64,000 nucleotides of DNA, taken from NCBI RefSeq assembly GCF_006345805.1, contig NC_043008.1:22444001-22508000 (forward strand), written 5' to 3'. A program made the position numbers and the translations under genes. The notes beneath the pieces were generated by a model, which saw only the letters and a list, made by a program, of their open reading frames with translations, had not been told where the DNA came from and made no database searches. Shown here in pieces: positions 27,343 through 39,500 of the stretch; within the stretch, counting starts at the first letter, position 1, and each line of letters begins with the position of its first letter. Origin of the DNA: Octopus sinensis. Taxonomy: Eukaryota.

Positions 27343-27408
27343 AGATAGATAGTTAGATAGATAGCTAGAGAGAGAGAGAGAGATAGATAGATAAACAGAT
27401 AGATAGAT

Positions 27409-27445
<37 letters not shown>

Positions 27446-27467
27446 TTGATAGATTGAATAGATAGAT

Positions 27468-27523
<56 letters not shown>

Positions 27524-27566
27524 TTAGAGATAGCTAGAGAGAGAGGAGAGAGATAGATAGATAAAC

Positions 27567-27600
<34 letters not shown>

Positions 27601-27601
27601 T

Positions 27602-27668
<67 letters not shown>

Positions 27669-27712
27669 TTAGATAGATAGCTAGAGAGAGAGAGAGAGAG
27701 AGAGAGATAAAC

Positions 27713-27793
<81 letters not shown>

Positions 27794-27845
27794 TGTAGAT
27801 ATATATAGATATATGTATATATATATAGATAGATATATATAGATA
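27300..27845. repeat. Long (AGAT)n array with (GA)n interruptions
   Basis: About 540 bp, seen directly. Confidence 0.97.
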
Positions 27846-27849
27846 TATA

Positions 27850-28060
27850 TCATTATTGTCATCAAAATTTAACATATGCTTTCTTTCCATGCTGGCATGG
27901 GTTGGATGATCGAACAAGAACTGGCCAACTGGAAAGCTGCCCAGACTCCAGCTGTTTTGGCATGGTTTCTACAGCCTGATACCATTCCTAATGTCAAACA
28001 TGTTACAGACTGTGCATTAATGCTTTTTACGTGGTGCCAACATGATTGCGATTTGCTTGC
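27850..28060 (-). mobile_element. RTE 3' tail fragment
   Basis: tttccatgctggcatgggttgg.., reverse of the tail at 29540-29680. Confidence 0.6.
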
Positions 28061-28168
28061 CAAAAGCACAAGCTGTAAAGGACCTACCTATATACATGGA
28101 TGGCCACAGTTTCCCTAAGCTTAACATGTCTCCTCAAGCACAGACACAAACACACAAATATATACATC

Positions 28169-29680
28169 TATGGTGATGACCTTGCTCCAATTGCTGAGTC
28201 ACTATCAGCACTAGAGGAGAAGTTTCAGGTGTGGAAGCAAGGATTAGAATCGAAGGGCCTTAGAGTCAACCTAGCTAAAACCAAAGTCCTAATAAGTAGG
28301 AAGGCAGACAAATCACAAACACCTTCAAGTAGATGGCCCTACTCAATCTGTAGAAAAGGTGTAGGTAGAAACTCTATAAGATGTACCCAGTGTAAGCTAT
28401 GGACACATAAGAGGTGCAACAATATCAAAGGAAGGCTAACTAGGAAGATAGTTTTTGTATGTAGCAGATGTTCAGGAGCAATAAACACTGAAAATGTGCA
28501 GAGAACAACTTCTGCCACATTTCAGGGAGAAAAAATAGTAGTTGATAGCTTCCATTACCTAGGTGACCAAGTCAGTTGTGGGAGTGGGTGCTCTGAAAGT
28601 GTAGCTGCTAGAATAAGAATAGCCTGGGCAAAGTTCAGAGAGTTCTTTCCTCTACTGGTGACAAAGGGTCTCTCACTCAGAGTAAAAGGTAAACTGTATG
28701 ACACATGTGTACGAACAGCCATGCTACATGGCAGTGAAACATGGGCCGTGACTGCTGAGGACATGTGTAAGCTTGCAAGGAATGAAGCCAGCATGCTCCG
28801 ATGGATGTGTAATGTCAGTGTTCATACCCGACAGAGTGTAAGTGCCTTGAGAGAAAAGTTGGACCTAAGAAGCATCAGATGTGGTGTGCAAGAGAGGCGT
28901 CTACGCTGGTATGGTCATGTGGTATGAATGGATGAGGATAGCTGTGTGAAAAGTGTCACACCCTAGCAGTTGAGGGAAACTGTGGAAGAGGTAGACTCAG
29001 GAAGACCTGGGATGAGGTGGTGAAGCACGACCTTCAAACTTTAGGCCTCACCGAGGCAATGACTGGTGACCAAGACCTTTGGAAATATGCTGTGCTTGAG
29101 AAGACACCTGTGGCCTATGCCAGTGATGTAACTAGCCCACTTAAGCGTACCTTTCTTTCACTGGACACCAAACTCTGCTTGCAAAGACCTGTTGAGGCAA
29201 GTGAAATTGAAATCAAATTCAATGACAGTACCGCATTACTGGCATCCGTGCTAGTGGAGCGCTAAGAGCACCATCCAAGTGTGATCATTGCCAGGGCTGC
29301 CAACTGGCCCCCATGCCAGTGGCATGTAAAAAGTACCATTCGAGCGTGATCATTACCAGTGTCACCTTACTGTCACTTATGCCGGTGGTACATGGAAAAC
29401 AACATTTGAGTGAGAGCATTGCCAGTGCCATTGGACTGGCTCCTGTGCAGGTGACATGTAAAAACACCATTTGAGCGTGGCTGTTGTCAGTACCACCTGA
29501 TTGGCCTTTGTGCTGGAGGCATGTAAAAGCATCCACTACACACTCAGAGTGGTTGGCGTTAGGAAGGGCATCTAGCTGTAGAAACTCTGCCAGATCAGAT
29601 TGGAGCCTGGTGCAGCAATCTGGTTCACCAGTCCCCAGTCAAACCGTCCAACCATGGAAAGCGAACCTTAAACGATGATG
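28169..29680 (+). mobile_element. 5'-truncated RTE LINE (RT C-half with PHD-like insert, plus 3' UTR)
   Basis: YGDDL..GLRVNLAKTKVL..CRKGVGRNSIRCTQCKLWTHKRC..CSRC..FHYLGD..RIRIAWAKFRE..LYDTCVRTAMLHGSETW..RLRWYGHV. The 3' UTR has gtggcatgtaaaa subrepeats and a (GAT)n tail. Confidence 0.92.
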
Positions 29681-29696
29681 ATGATAATATATATAT

Positions 29697-29729
<33 letters not shown>

Positions 29730-29731
<2 letters not shown>

Positions 29732-29885
29732 CACAATGGACATCTTTCAGTTTCCGTCCACCAAATCCACTCACAAGGCTTTGGTCGGCCCGAGGCTATA
29801 GTAGAAGACACTTGCCCAAGGTGCCACGCAGTGGGACTGAACCCTGAACCATATGGTTGGGAAGCAAGCTTCTTACCACACAGCC
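29730..29885 (-). mobile_element. SINE family 1, 5' head only
   Basis: tttcagtttccgtccaccaaatccactcac..cttcttaccacacagcc. Confidence 0.8.
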
Positions 29886-30240
29886 ACACACACACACTAT
29901 ATTGAAATATTCTATATTAGCATGAAGATGCAACAATACTGGGGAATATCAAATTGAGAAAAAGATAGCAATGGAAGGGTTAATTAAATATTCAAAAATA
30001 GTTCCACTGCCAAAGAACGAAATTCTTAGATGAGATATTTCCCATTGGGAAAAGAAGAATTCGGTTCCTTTTGTATTTTTATTTTATTTTATTTTTCATT
30101 CCTTTTTTTTTGTTTTTTTCTTTCCTTTATTTTCCAAACATATCAAACTAATGTAATGATTTGAATCACTTCTTTATCTTTCTCCTTTCGGTATTAAATT
30201 CCTTGTGTGCTTCAGGTACCGACACACATAATGCCTACAT

Positions 30241-30277
<37 letters not shown>

Positions 30278-30388
30278 TTATGTTTGTATGTATGTATATA
30301 TGTATACCAGTACATATTTATATAATATATATATATAGAGAGAAGAGAGAGAGAGATACATATATATAATATACATGGTATATACATA

Positions 30389-30432
<44 letters not shown>

Positions 30433-31095
30433 ATTATATATGTTATATATTGTATCTATGTATTATATATATATATATATAGATAATATAGATAGATAGA
30501 TAGATAGATATGTATATATATATATATCTATATATATTATATATATTGATAGATACATACATGCATACATACATAGATATCATTTGTAAAAAACATAAAT
30601 CTGAAAGAAGCACACTCTAAGATGTGTGTGTGTGTGCGCGTGTGTGTGTGTGTGCATGTATGTATGTATGTATGTATGTATGTATGTATGTATGTATGTA
30701 TGTATGTATGTATGTATGAATGTATATACAAATACAAATGAACTTGTGAAGTTTGAGGTTTCACTAAACTTCATAATGTATAAACGGATGTTCATATGTA
30801 TTTATGTATATGTGTGTATACATGTGTCCGTGATGGGTGGGATAGCTTTTGCTATATTTCCTATGTATGTATATATATGTATATATGTGTGCGTGTGTAT
30901 CTGTTTCGCAATGTCAGTGAGTACAAATGTAAATACAAGCCATATTGCTTAGTCAGTGTTATATATTGTATTTGTGTGTACAAATATGTATTTATACACA
31001 CATGCTAAATGTGTTGAAACAATTGTCGTGATTAATAATAAATTCTCATATATTCCATCGTCTGTCTTTCATTACCATATACATACATATATATC

Positions 31096-31132
<37 letters not shown>

Positions 31133-31136
<4 letters not shown>

Positions 31137-31290
31137 GAATGAAAGAATGGGGTCGAATGAAGATTTAACAAAATTCCTTTACTCTCAACATATGTTTCGA
31201 AGACAGCATATTTTTATTTGCTACCCAGGTTTCGATTAAACGAATTATCCATGCTGACGATAAACATAGGATAATTCATTCACCTACTTA
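31133..31290 (-). mobile_element. Short element family D with the 3' half of a hammerhead-like motif
   Basis: Minus strand cgaaacatatgttg..aaggaattttgttaaatcttcattcg. The relative at 46575-46680 has GAA-ACAUAUGU-C. Confidence 0.4.
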
Positions 31291-31349
31291 AATATATATA
31301 TATATATGCATATAATTTCAACTATATATTATACATATATATCTATATA

Positions 31350-31590
31350 CTTTATTTAAAAGCAGCAGAAATATAACAAAAGCTGTTACTCAGGGTTTCA
31401 CGTTCCCGTTCGTCGGACAGTTTTGTTAAGAGAAAATAAATTTTTAACAAAACTGTCCGACAAACGAGAACATAAAACTCTGAGTAATAGCTTTTGTTAT
31501 ATTTCTGCTGCTTTTAAATAAAGCCAATTACTCTACCTCTGGTATTTGAGTGCTCTTTTTTCCACCTTGTTTCACTTTTATGTGTTTACT
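31350..31590. ncRNA. Family C hairpin-plus-tail element with two inverted hammerhead motifs
   Basis: Minus 31383-31420: CUGU-CCGACGA-ACG(GGAA)CGU-GAA-ACCCUGAGU-A-ACAG; degenerate mirror copy at 31453-31490. Hairpin spans 31350-31523. Confidence 0.62.
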
Positions 31591-31621
31591 CCAGTGTAAT
31601 ATATATATATATATATATATA

Positions 31622-31730
31622 ATATGTGACAGTTGGTTGACAATCACCTAATTGTCACATATCATATTTATAGATAAATTCCTCTATTTAGTAATATCGA
31701 GGTATCTCATTCTTTTGTTGTCCTATTATT
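31622..31730 (-). mobile_element. Truncated family E element (tail only)
   Basis: aattcctctattt..atatcgagg..cattcttttgttgtc is the reverse complement of 49925-49975. Confidence 0.55.
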
Positions 31731-31751
31731 ATTATTATTATTGTATATATA

Positions 31752-31797
<46 letters not shown>

Positions 31798-31804
31798 ATT
31801 ATTA

Positions 31805-32165
31805 TTTGAGGGAATAAATCCAAACTTACAAGGCAAAAGAATTCAATTTAGAAATACTAAATCAATTCCACACAATATAATATAATAAAAATATTAGAAA
31901 AAAAAACCACCTTTTATCAATTCAAAATGAATAATTAAATTACACCATCTAGAAAATTACATATAATAGAAAAGTTAAAATTAAAATAACAATTAAAAAG
32001 TAAATATTAAGTAAATTTTATACATTATATTATTCTTGTAATTTACTTAATCTTTACTTTTTAATCGTTATTTTAATTTTAACTTTTCTATTATATGTAA
32101 TTTTCTAGATGGTGTAATTTAATTATTCAATTTGAATTGATAAAAGGTGGGTTTTTTTCTAATAT
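31805..32165 (+). mobile_element. Family F hairpin-plus-tail element (about 125-bp arms)
   Basis: ccaccttttatcaattcaaaatgaataattaaattacaccatctagaaaattacatataatagaaaag and its mirror; tail ccaaacttacaagg. Confidence 0.75.
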
Positions 32166-32367
32166 GTAATATATATATATATACACAACAAAAAATCCTA
32201 TGAAATCCTTGAAAGTAGAGTCAGTAGATCCAGTGGTAATCTGAATAGAGTGCTTGTATGTCGATGAGGAGAGGTGCTGAAAGTTCAGGAAGTGGTTCAG
32301 AAATACAAGCTTAAAGTGTAGGAAGTTCAGGCAGGATCAAACTGGGGAAGTCATGTGAGCACATAAT

Positions 32368-32700
32368 ATATAGTTGAAATTTATAGAAAAACAAAAGGCA
32401 AAGAAAAGTGTATTAGTTTGATGCGCGGAAAAATGAAAAAGACTTTTACATTTTGAGCCTACGCTCTTCAACAGAACGGAATAAGAGATAATAAACTGAG
32501 AGAGAATGCTGGACCATTGAAATCTACATGTTTTTTCATTCTCTCTCACTTTATTTCCTCTTATTCCTTTCTGCTGAAGAGCATAGGCTTGAAACATAAA
32601 AGACCTTTTCATTTTCCCGAGTGTCAAACTAATACACTTGTTTGTTGTTCATACGCCTGTCTTCATCTTTTGTTTTACCATAAATTTCAACTATATATGT
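32368..32700. ncRNA. Inverted pair of family A hammerhead-like elements
   Basis: Minus core 32443-32478 (CUGUUGA) and plus core 32567-32602 (CUGCUGA-A-GAGC(AUAG)GCUU-GAA-ACAU-A-AAAG). The outer ends tatatagttgaaattta / taaatttcaactatata mirror each other. Confidence 0.6.
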
Positions 32701-32721
32701 ATACGTGTATGTATATGTATA

Positions 32722-32962
32722 TGTATTTCCTTCCGGTCTTTCAAAATGTGACCTCGTGTGTACCGTTGGCGATTTTTTTTGTCCTCTGTCTTCCCTTCTC
32801 TGGATCTTTCCTTCTCCTATGTTTCCGACGAAGAGCTCCGCTCGAAACGTTAAACCCGCCTTCTTTCCTTCTTTCCTGAGTGTCCAATAATACTATATTT
32901 GTTCCACGTCCTCGCATTGTTGTGTTTTTTTGTGCTTTCTTGTTTGGATTAACTTTATATAT
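32722..32962 (+). ncRNA. Family B hammerhead element (32821-32855)
   Basis: GUUU-CCGACGA-A-GAGC(UCC)GCUC-GAA-ACGU-U-AAAC. Confidence 0.62.
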
Positions 32963-32974
32963 ATATATATATAT

Positions 32975-33007
<33 letters not shown>

Positions 33008-33374
33008 TATATATATTTCCAAAAATGGTTTTGAGGGATACATAATCCTGGTGGTTACCATGCTAACTCATAGATCAGTTCTCAATATATACTCTTCTAT
33101 ATGATTGGCTCACAGTCCACCACAAATGCTTCATCTATCTATCTATCAGCTTTCCTCTTGATTCTGTACAACATCCTCCACATTCAATGTCAGTCACAAT
33201 GGCTCCTATGTATCCATTGGTCTTCTCTTAGGCTTCCTCTTGTTTCATTTCTTTGTTTACTCATGTTTTGCCCACATTGTCTCATCTCATTCTTTTTCTT
33301 GTCGCTTTAAGTTTTCAGTTTCATTCCATAGTGAATGTTGTTTAACACTTAACTCTTTAGCAAGAGAGAAGACT

Positions 33375-33740
33375 GACCTGGTACGGTCAGGGGGATATGG
33401 ATGGAGAACAGCTGCATCAAAAAAGGGCCAATCTCTAATTGTGTAGGGAACATGTTGGAGGGTAGACAAAGTGATGACAAAGGATCTCCAGATGTTGAGC
33501 CTCAAAAAAAGCCAATCTCTAATTGCGAAGGGAACATGTTGAAGGGTAGACAAAGTGATGACAAAGGATCTCCAGATGTTGAGCCTCAAAAAGGGCCAAT
33601 CTGTAATTGTGAAGGGAACATGTTGAAGGGTAGACAAAGAGATGACAAAGGATTTCCAGATGTTGAGCCTCACTGAAATTACAAGGGATCGAGACTTGTA
33701 ATTTGCTGTGCTTGAGAAAAGGCATCAAGCTAAGTAAAAC
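33375..33740 (+). mobile_element. RTE ORF C-terminal fragment with an internal 84-bp triplication
   Basis: gccaatct recurs at 33427, 33511 and 33595; flanks resemble 28910-29105. Confidence 0.75.
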
Positions 33741-33779
33741 CACAGCCATCCACCCTTATGGGAATGTCCCTTGCAGCCA

Positions 33780-33857
33780 TTCTACTCATTTCCTCTCCCA
33801 GCTGAGTGGATTTGGTAGACAGAAACTGAAAGAGACCCATCGTATATATGTGTATGT

Positions 33858-33890
<33 letters not shown>

Positions 33891-34060
33891 GTGTGTCTGT
33901 GTTTCCACCAACCCCACCATTACTTTACAACTGATGTTGGTGTGCTTATGTCCCTGTAACTGAGTGGTTTGGCAAAAGAGACTGACAGAATAAATACTAA
34001 GCTTACAAAGGTTAAGTCCTGAGGTTGATTTGTTTGACTAAAGGTGGTGCTCCAGCATGG
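33780..34060 (+). mobile_element. SINE family 1, 3' part
   Basis: gagtggatttggtagacagaaactgaaag..ggtggtgctccagcatggc. Confidence 0.7.
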
Positions 34061-34064
34061 CTAC

Positions 34065-34370
34065 AAAAAAAAAGGTTGCCCTTTTCAAGCCTAGCCAGGC
34101 TCATGGGCCTGGTTTCCTGGTTTCTGTGGCGTATGTGTTCCCCCCAGCTGGACGGGACACCAGCGTTACTCAAGAAACAGGAAGAAAGAGTGAGAGTAAG
34201 TTGGGGTGAAAGAGTACAACAGGAGTCGCCACCGCCCCCTACCGGAGCCTCATGGAGCTTTAGGTGTTTTCGCTCAATAAACACACACAACTCCAAGTCC
34301 AGGAATCGAAACCACAATCTTACGATCATGATGCTGACACCCTAAACACTAAGCCACGTGCCTCCACACA
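34065..34370 (-). mobile_element. SINE family 3 (tRNA head, CORE-like)
   Basis: Reverse of gtggaggcacgtggcttagtg..gtgtttattgagcgaaaacacctaaagctcc; relatives at 48255 and 57745. Confidence 0.75.
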
Positions 34371-34424
34371 TATGTGTATATACATATACATATATATATA
34401 TGTGCGTGCGTGTGTATATGTATA

Positions 34425-34818
34425 CTCTTTTACTTGTTTTAGTCATTTGACTCCGGCCATGCTGGAGCACCGCCTTTAGTCGAGCAAATCGACCCCGGGA
34501 CTTATTCTTTGTAAGCCCAGTACTTATTCTATCGGTCTCTTTTGCCGAACCGCTAAGTGACGGGGACGTAAACACACCAGCATCGGTTGTCAAGCAATAC
34601 TAGGGGGACAAACACACAAACATATACACACACATACACATATATATATATACATATATACGACAGGCTTCTTTGAGTTTCCGTCTACCAAATCCACTCA
34701 CAAGGCATTGGTCGGCCCGAGGCTATAGCAGAAGACACTTGCCCAAGATGCCACGCAATGGGACTGAACCCGGAACCATGTGGTTGGTAAGCAAGCTACT
34801 TACCACACAGCCACTCCT
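34425..34818 (-). mobile_element. SINE family 1
   Basis: Complete consensus. Confidence 0.9.
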
Positions 34819-34845
34819 GTATATATATATATATATATATATATA

Positions 34846-35330
34846 CTAGCAGTATCGCCCGGCGTTGCTCGGGTTTGTAAGGGAAATAACTATATAAGCA
34901 TTTTTAGAGAGTTACTTCCCTTATAAATTCGGGCTTTCTTAGCCATTTTTGTTTTGGTGTCTTCAAGCCATGAAGTCGTTGTTCTAAAAGAACGCTGGTT
35001 TCCTTCACAACGCATTACGACGTTGATTTCTTTACACTCCCTTCCCCACAGCTTCACGAGGGAGGGAAGGGGGAGAAGCAAACAGGTGCAGCTGTGAGCG
35101 TGGACGCCAACTCCGCCGCCATCGACACACGATGCATTTTATGCATTAAAATGGAATGAAAAATGATGTTAAATTATTTTTAAAATCGTAGACTCATCGT
35201 TGACGTGCGCTAATAGTCAGACGGGCTCAATATGAATCACGACTATAAGATACCCGAATTTGGTTAAACTGTGGGAGTAGTTAGGAATCTAAATCGAAGG
35301 GGACAGACACTCACACAACTAGAGTTTTAT
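34846..35330 (-). mobile_element. Non-autonomous Helitron-like element (variant internal region)
   Basis: On the minus strand it ends in hairpin cccgagcaacgccggg followed by CTAG; 5' end lies in (TA)n. Confidence 0.75.
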
Positions 35331-35567
35331 ATATATATATAATATATATATATATATGGATGCGCATAAATGTATATTTATTTATTTATATATTCAATTC
35401 ATTTTAATAATTCGTTACAAACTGCTGCATGCCTCACTCGTCTGATTCTATCATGAAATATGCTGTGGTTTATAACGAATCGTTAAAAATATTAAATAGT
35501 AATTCTCAGTAATTTTTGTCTCCATTCTTTGGTAGTGGCTGTTTTTGATATTACAACAAATTCAAAT

Positions 35568-35599
<32 letters not shown>

Positions 35600-35699
35600 A
35601 TAATCATATATCTATATACATTTATATACGTGTACAAATATATATATTCATACATAGATACATGTACATATATATGTGCATGATTATACATATACATTC

Positions 35700-35733
<34 letters not shown>

Positions 35734-35978
35734 TCATACATAGACACCTGTACATATATATGCACATGATTATACATATACATAAGCATTTATATATATA
35801 TATAATACTTATATATATGTATGTGCGTATGCATATATATATATGCGTGCATATATTTATATATATGTATGTATATCTATACATATATACTTTTTTATAC
35901 ACACTCACACACATATATATATACACATATCTATGTATATCTATATATTTATGTGTGTATATATATGTATGTGTATAT

Positions 35979-36047
<69 letters not shown>

Positions 36048-36482
36048 ATGTATGTATTTTTTATACACACACACATATATATATATGCATATATATATAT
36101 ATGCGTGTGAGACTGAGAGATTGAGAGAGAGAGAGAGAGAGAGAGCATAAGAGGGCATGAGAAAGATATCTCTTGATCAATGATGCCATTATGTTTATAA
36201 ATTTAAATCATTATTTCAGAATTTCTTCCTGCTGTTGCTCACTTTTAATGTTCATAAATTATAAATCAATACGGACAAGTTGTCTGCTGTCTTCCAAATT
36301 AAGTTGCCAAAGAGAATTCAAAGCTGGAATTGAAGAGCTGATCTCATTCACCATTTGTCATGTATGCCTGAGCTATATTCAGTTGGAAAATGTACAGTTA
36401 TAGTCACTAGTACTTGGCATAAGATTAAATGTTTGAAAATTTGTGTATTTTTACTTGTGTATGTTATAATCTGTGAAGATGT

Positions 36483-36575
36483 GTGGCCCAGTGGTTAGGG
36501 TGTTGCACTCGTGATTGTCAGATCACATGTTCAATTCCCAGACAGAGTGGTGTGTTGTGTTCTTGAGCACAACAC
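36483..36575 (+). mobile_element. SINE family 4 head, truncated by the RTE
   Basis: gtggcccagtggttagggtgttgcactc..gttcttgagcacaacact. Confidence 0.65.
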
Positions 36576-39500
36576 TGTAGATGCTGATCCTTGTCTTGTT
36601 CTTCAGGTTATTATTGTGCCAAACATGTTTGTACAATCTTCCAAAGGAGCTATTTGCCTTAGAGAGTCTATTGTCAATTTCTTTGTTGATGCCTGCATCA
36701 GATGAGATGATGCAGCCCAGGTATGTGAACTGCTGTGTTGATTTCAGTTCAGTACCACAAAGAGTGATGTGGGGTGGGTGGTATACCTCTTGGTGGTATA
36801 CCTCTAAGGCGGCGAGCTGGCAGAAACGTTAGCACGCCGGGCGAGATGCTTAGCGGTATTTCATCTGAGTTACGTTGTGAGTTCAAATTCCGCTGAGGTC
36901 GACTTTGCCTTTCATCCTTTCGGGGTCGATAAGTTAAGTACCAGTTACGCACTGGGGTCGATGTAATCGACTTAATACCTATGTCTGTCCTTGTTTGTCC
37001 CCTCTGTGTTTAGCCCCTTGTGGGTAATAAAGAAATAGGTATACCTCTTGGAGTGCAGGCTGGTGAAGTACCTCCGTCTTCTTGAGGCTGACCGCTAGGC
37101 CAAAGAACCGCGAGGTGTCTGCAAAGCAGGACGTGGTGTGCTGCAGAGCCTGCTCTGTTTGGGCAACAAGAGCAGCATCGTCCGCAAAGAGAAGGTCTTG
37201 GATCAGCCTCTCCTGGGTCTTGGTGTGGGCTTGAAGGCACCATAGATTGAAGAGGCTGACATCCAGATGGTACTTGACATACACCCCATCCCCATCTTCC
37301 AGATCTTCAGTTGCATGCATGAGCATCATGCTGAAGAAGATGCTGAAGAGAGTCAGTGACAAGACACAACTCTGCTTCACGCTATTAGAGATGGGGAAGG
37401 GCTCCAACAGGTCATCATTGAGTCTGATCTGGCCACACTGGTTCTCATATAGCTGGACCAACATCTGTAGAAACTTGGTGGGACAACCAAGTCGTTCCAG
37501 GATGAGCCATAGTCTCGTCCTGCTCACTGTGTCAAATGCTTTTGTGGGGTTGACAAAAGTAGCATCAAGTACCCTGTTTTGTTCTTGGCACTTCTCCTGA
37601 AATTGGCAGAGGGCGAACACCTTATCCATTGTGCCTCTGTTGGTTCTGAAGCCACACTGGCTTTTGGAGATGTTTTCTTCAGCAATGGTTGGTACAAGCC
37701 TGTGGAGCAGGATCCCAGCAAGTACTTTGCCAGCGATGGAGAGTAGGGTGATTCCCCTGTAGTTGGAGCAGTCAGACTTTTCACCCTTGTTCTTGTACAG
37801 GGTTATGATGACGGTATTGCAAAGATCCTGTGGCAGCTTGCTCTGCTCCCAGCAGCAGACAAGAAAATCATGGAGCTTGTCATGGAGCGTCGGACCTCCA
37901 TTCTTCCAGCTTTCTGGTGGGATGCCGTCAACTCCTGCTGCTCTGTGACTCTTGAGTTGTCCTATGGCTTCAGTCATCTTTTCAAGGGTGGGTGGTTCGT
38001 CGAGCTCCTCTTTGAGTGGAAGTTGAGGAATGCGATGGATGGCAGCATCCTGTATGGTATGGTTAGCACTGAAGAGGCTTTGGAAGTGCTAGGGTCAGTG
38101 AGCTAGGGCCAATGAGCGAGGATGGAAGTGTTATCAGAGGTCCTGTCCATCTGAACTACGCAGGAGACTCTGGACCTAGTGGGTGGGGCCATACACTGCT
38201 TTCAGAGCCTCATAGAAGTCTCTATAGTTTCCGAGGTCACCGCACAGCTGGGTTCTCCACACCAGGTGGTCCAACCACTTATTCGGTATTTCTCTGAGTT
38301 TACACTGTAGGGTGCTGCATGCACGTCGAAAGGTAGATTTCTTTACAGGACAGGCTGGTTGTGCAAGGTGGGCCTGAGGAGCTGCCCTCTTCCTTGCTTG
38401 TAATTCCTGGATCTCCTTGTCATTATCATGGAACCAGTCATTGTTTTTCTTCTTTGTGTGCCCAAGAACTTCCTCAGATGTCTTAAGGATGGCTGATTTC
38501 AGGTTCTCCCACAAGATATCTGGGGTGGTGTCATTAGTGCAAGGGGATTTGTCCAGCTTTTGCTGCAGATCTGCTTGGAACTTGACTTTCACTTCCTCCC
38601 GGCACAGGCTGCTGACATTGAGTTTCTTTATTGGGTTACCTTTCTTCTTGGGTTTGGGTTTGAGCTGCAGTTTGAGCTTGCAGCAGACAAGGCGGTGATT
38701 GGTGTGGCACTCTGCACTGGGCATCACTCTTGTGTGTAGAACATCTTTCAGGTCCCACTGGCATTCAAGCACATAGTCAAGTAGAAGCCAATGTTTGGAC
38801 TGAGGATGCATCCAAGATGTTTTCAGATGGTCTTTCAGTTGGAAGATTGTGTTGATAATAGCAAGTTGGTGCTCTGTACAGAACTCGAGCAGGAGGTGCC
38901 TGTTGTCATCACAGCTACCAACGCCGTTTCTTCCAAGGATTTCTTTCCAAGCCTCAGAGTCTCTCCCAACTCTTGCATTGAAGTTTCCAAGGATCAGGAC
39001 CTTGTCGTTTGCAGGGGTGTTGTTCAAGGGTCTGCGCAGATCAGAATAGAAGCTGTCTTTGTCCGCAGGATCTGCCAGTAGTGTTGGAGCATAAACACTG
39101 AAGAGAGTGAGATGTTGTTTGCTCTCCAGTGGTAGGCGCATGGATATGATGCGGTCCGAGTAGCCCGTGGGTAACGTTTCCAGTTTGGATGTGATCGAAT
39201 TCCTCACCATGAGTCCTACACCCGACAGGCGTCTTCCAGATGATGGTTTCCCAGACCAGAAGAGGGTGTAGCCAGCGCCGCATTTTTTGAGGCTGCCCTC
39301 GTCAGTGAAGTGGACCTCGCTGAGAGCTGCTATGTCAATATTGAGACAGGAGAGTTCATGAGCTATGAGAGCCGAACAATGTTCTGGACAGCTGCTGTCA
39401 GCCTTGTCAAGCTTGGTCCTGACATTCCAGCAGGCAACTTTCAAGTCCTGCTTACATTTTTCGGTCTTGTTTCCATGTTTGTTTAGCCACTCTGAAGATG

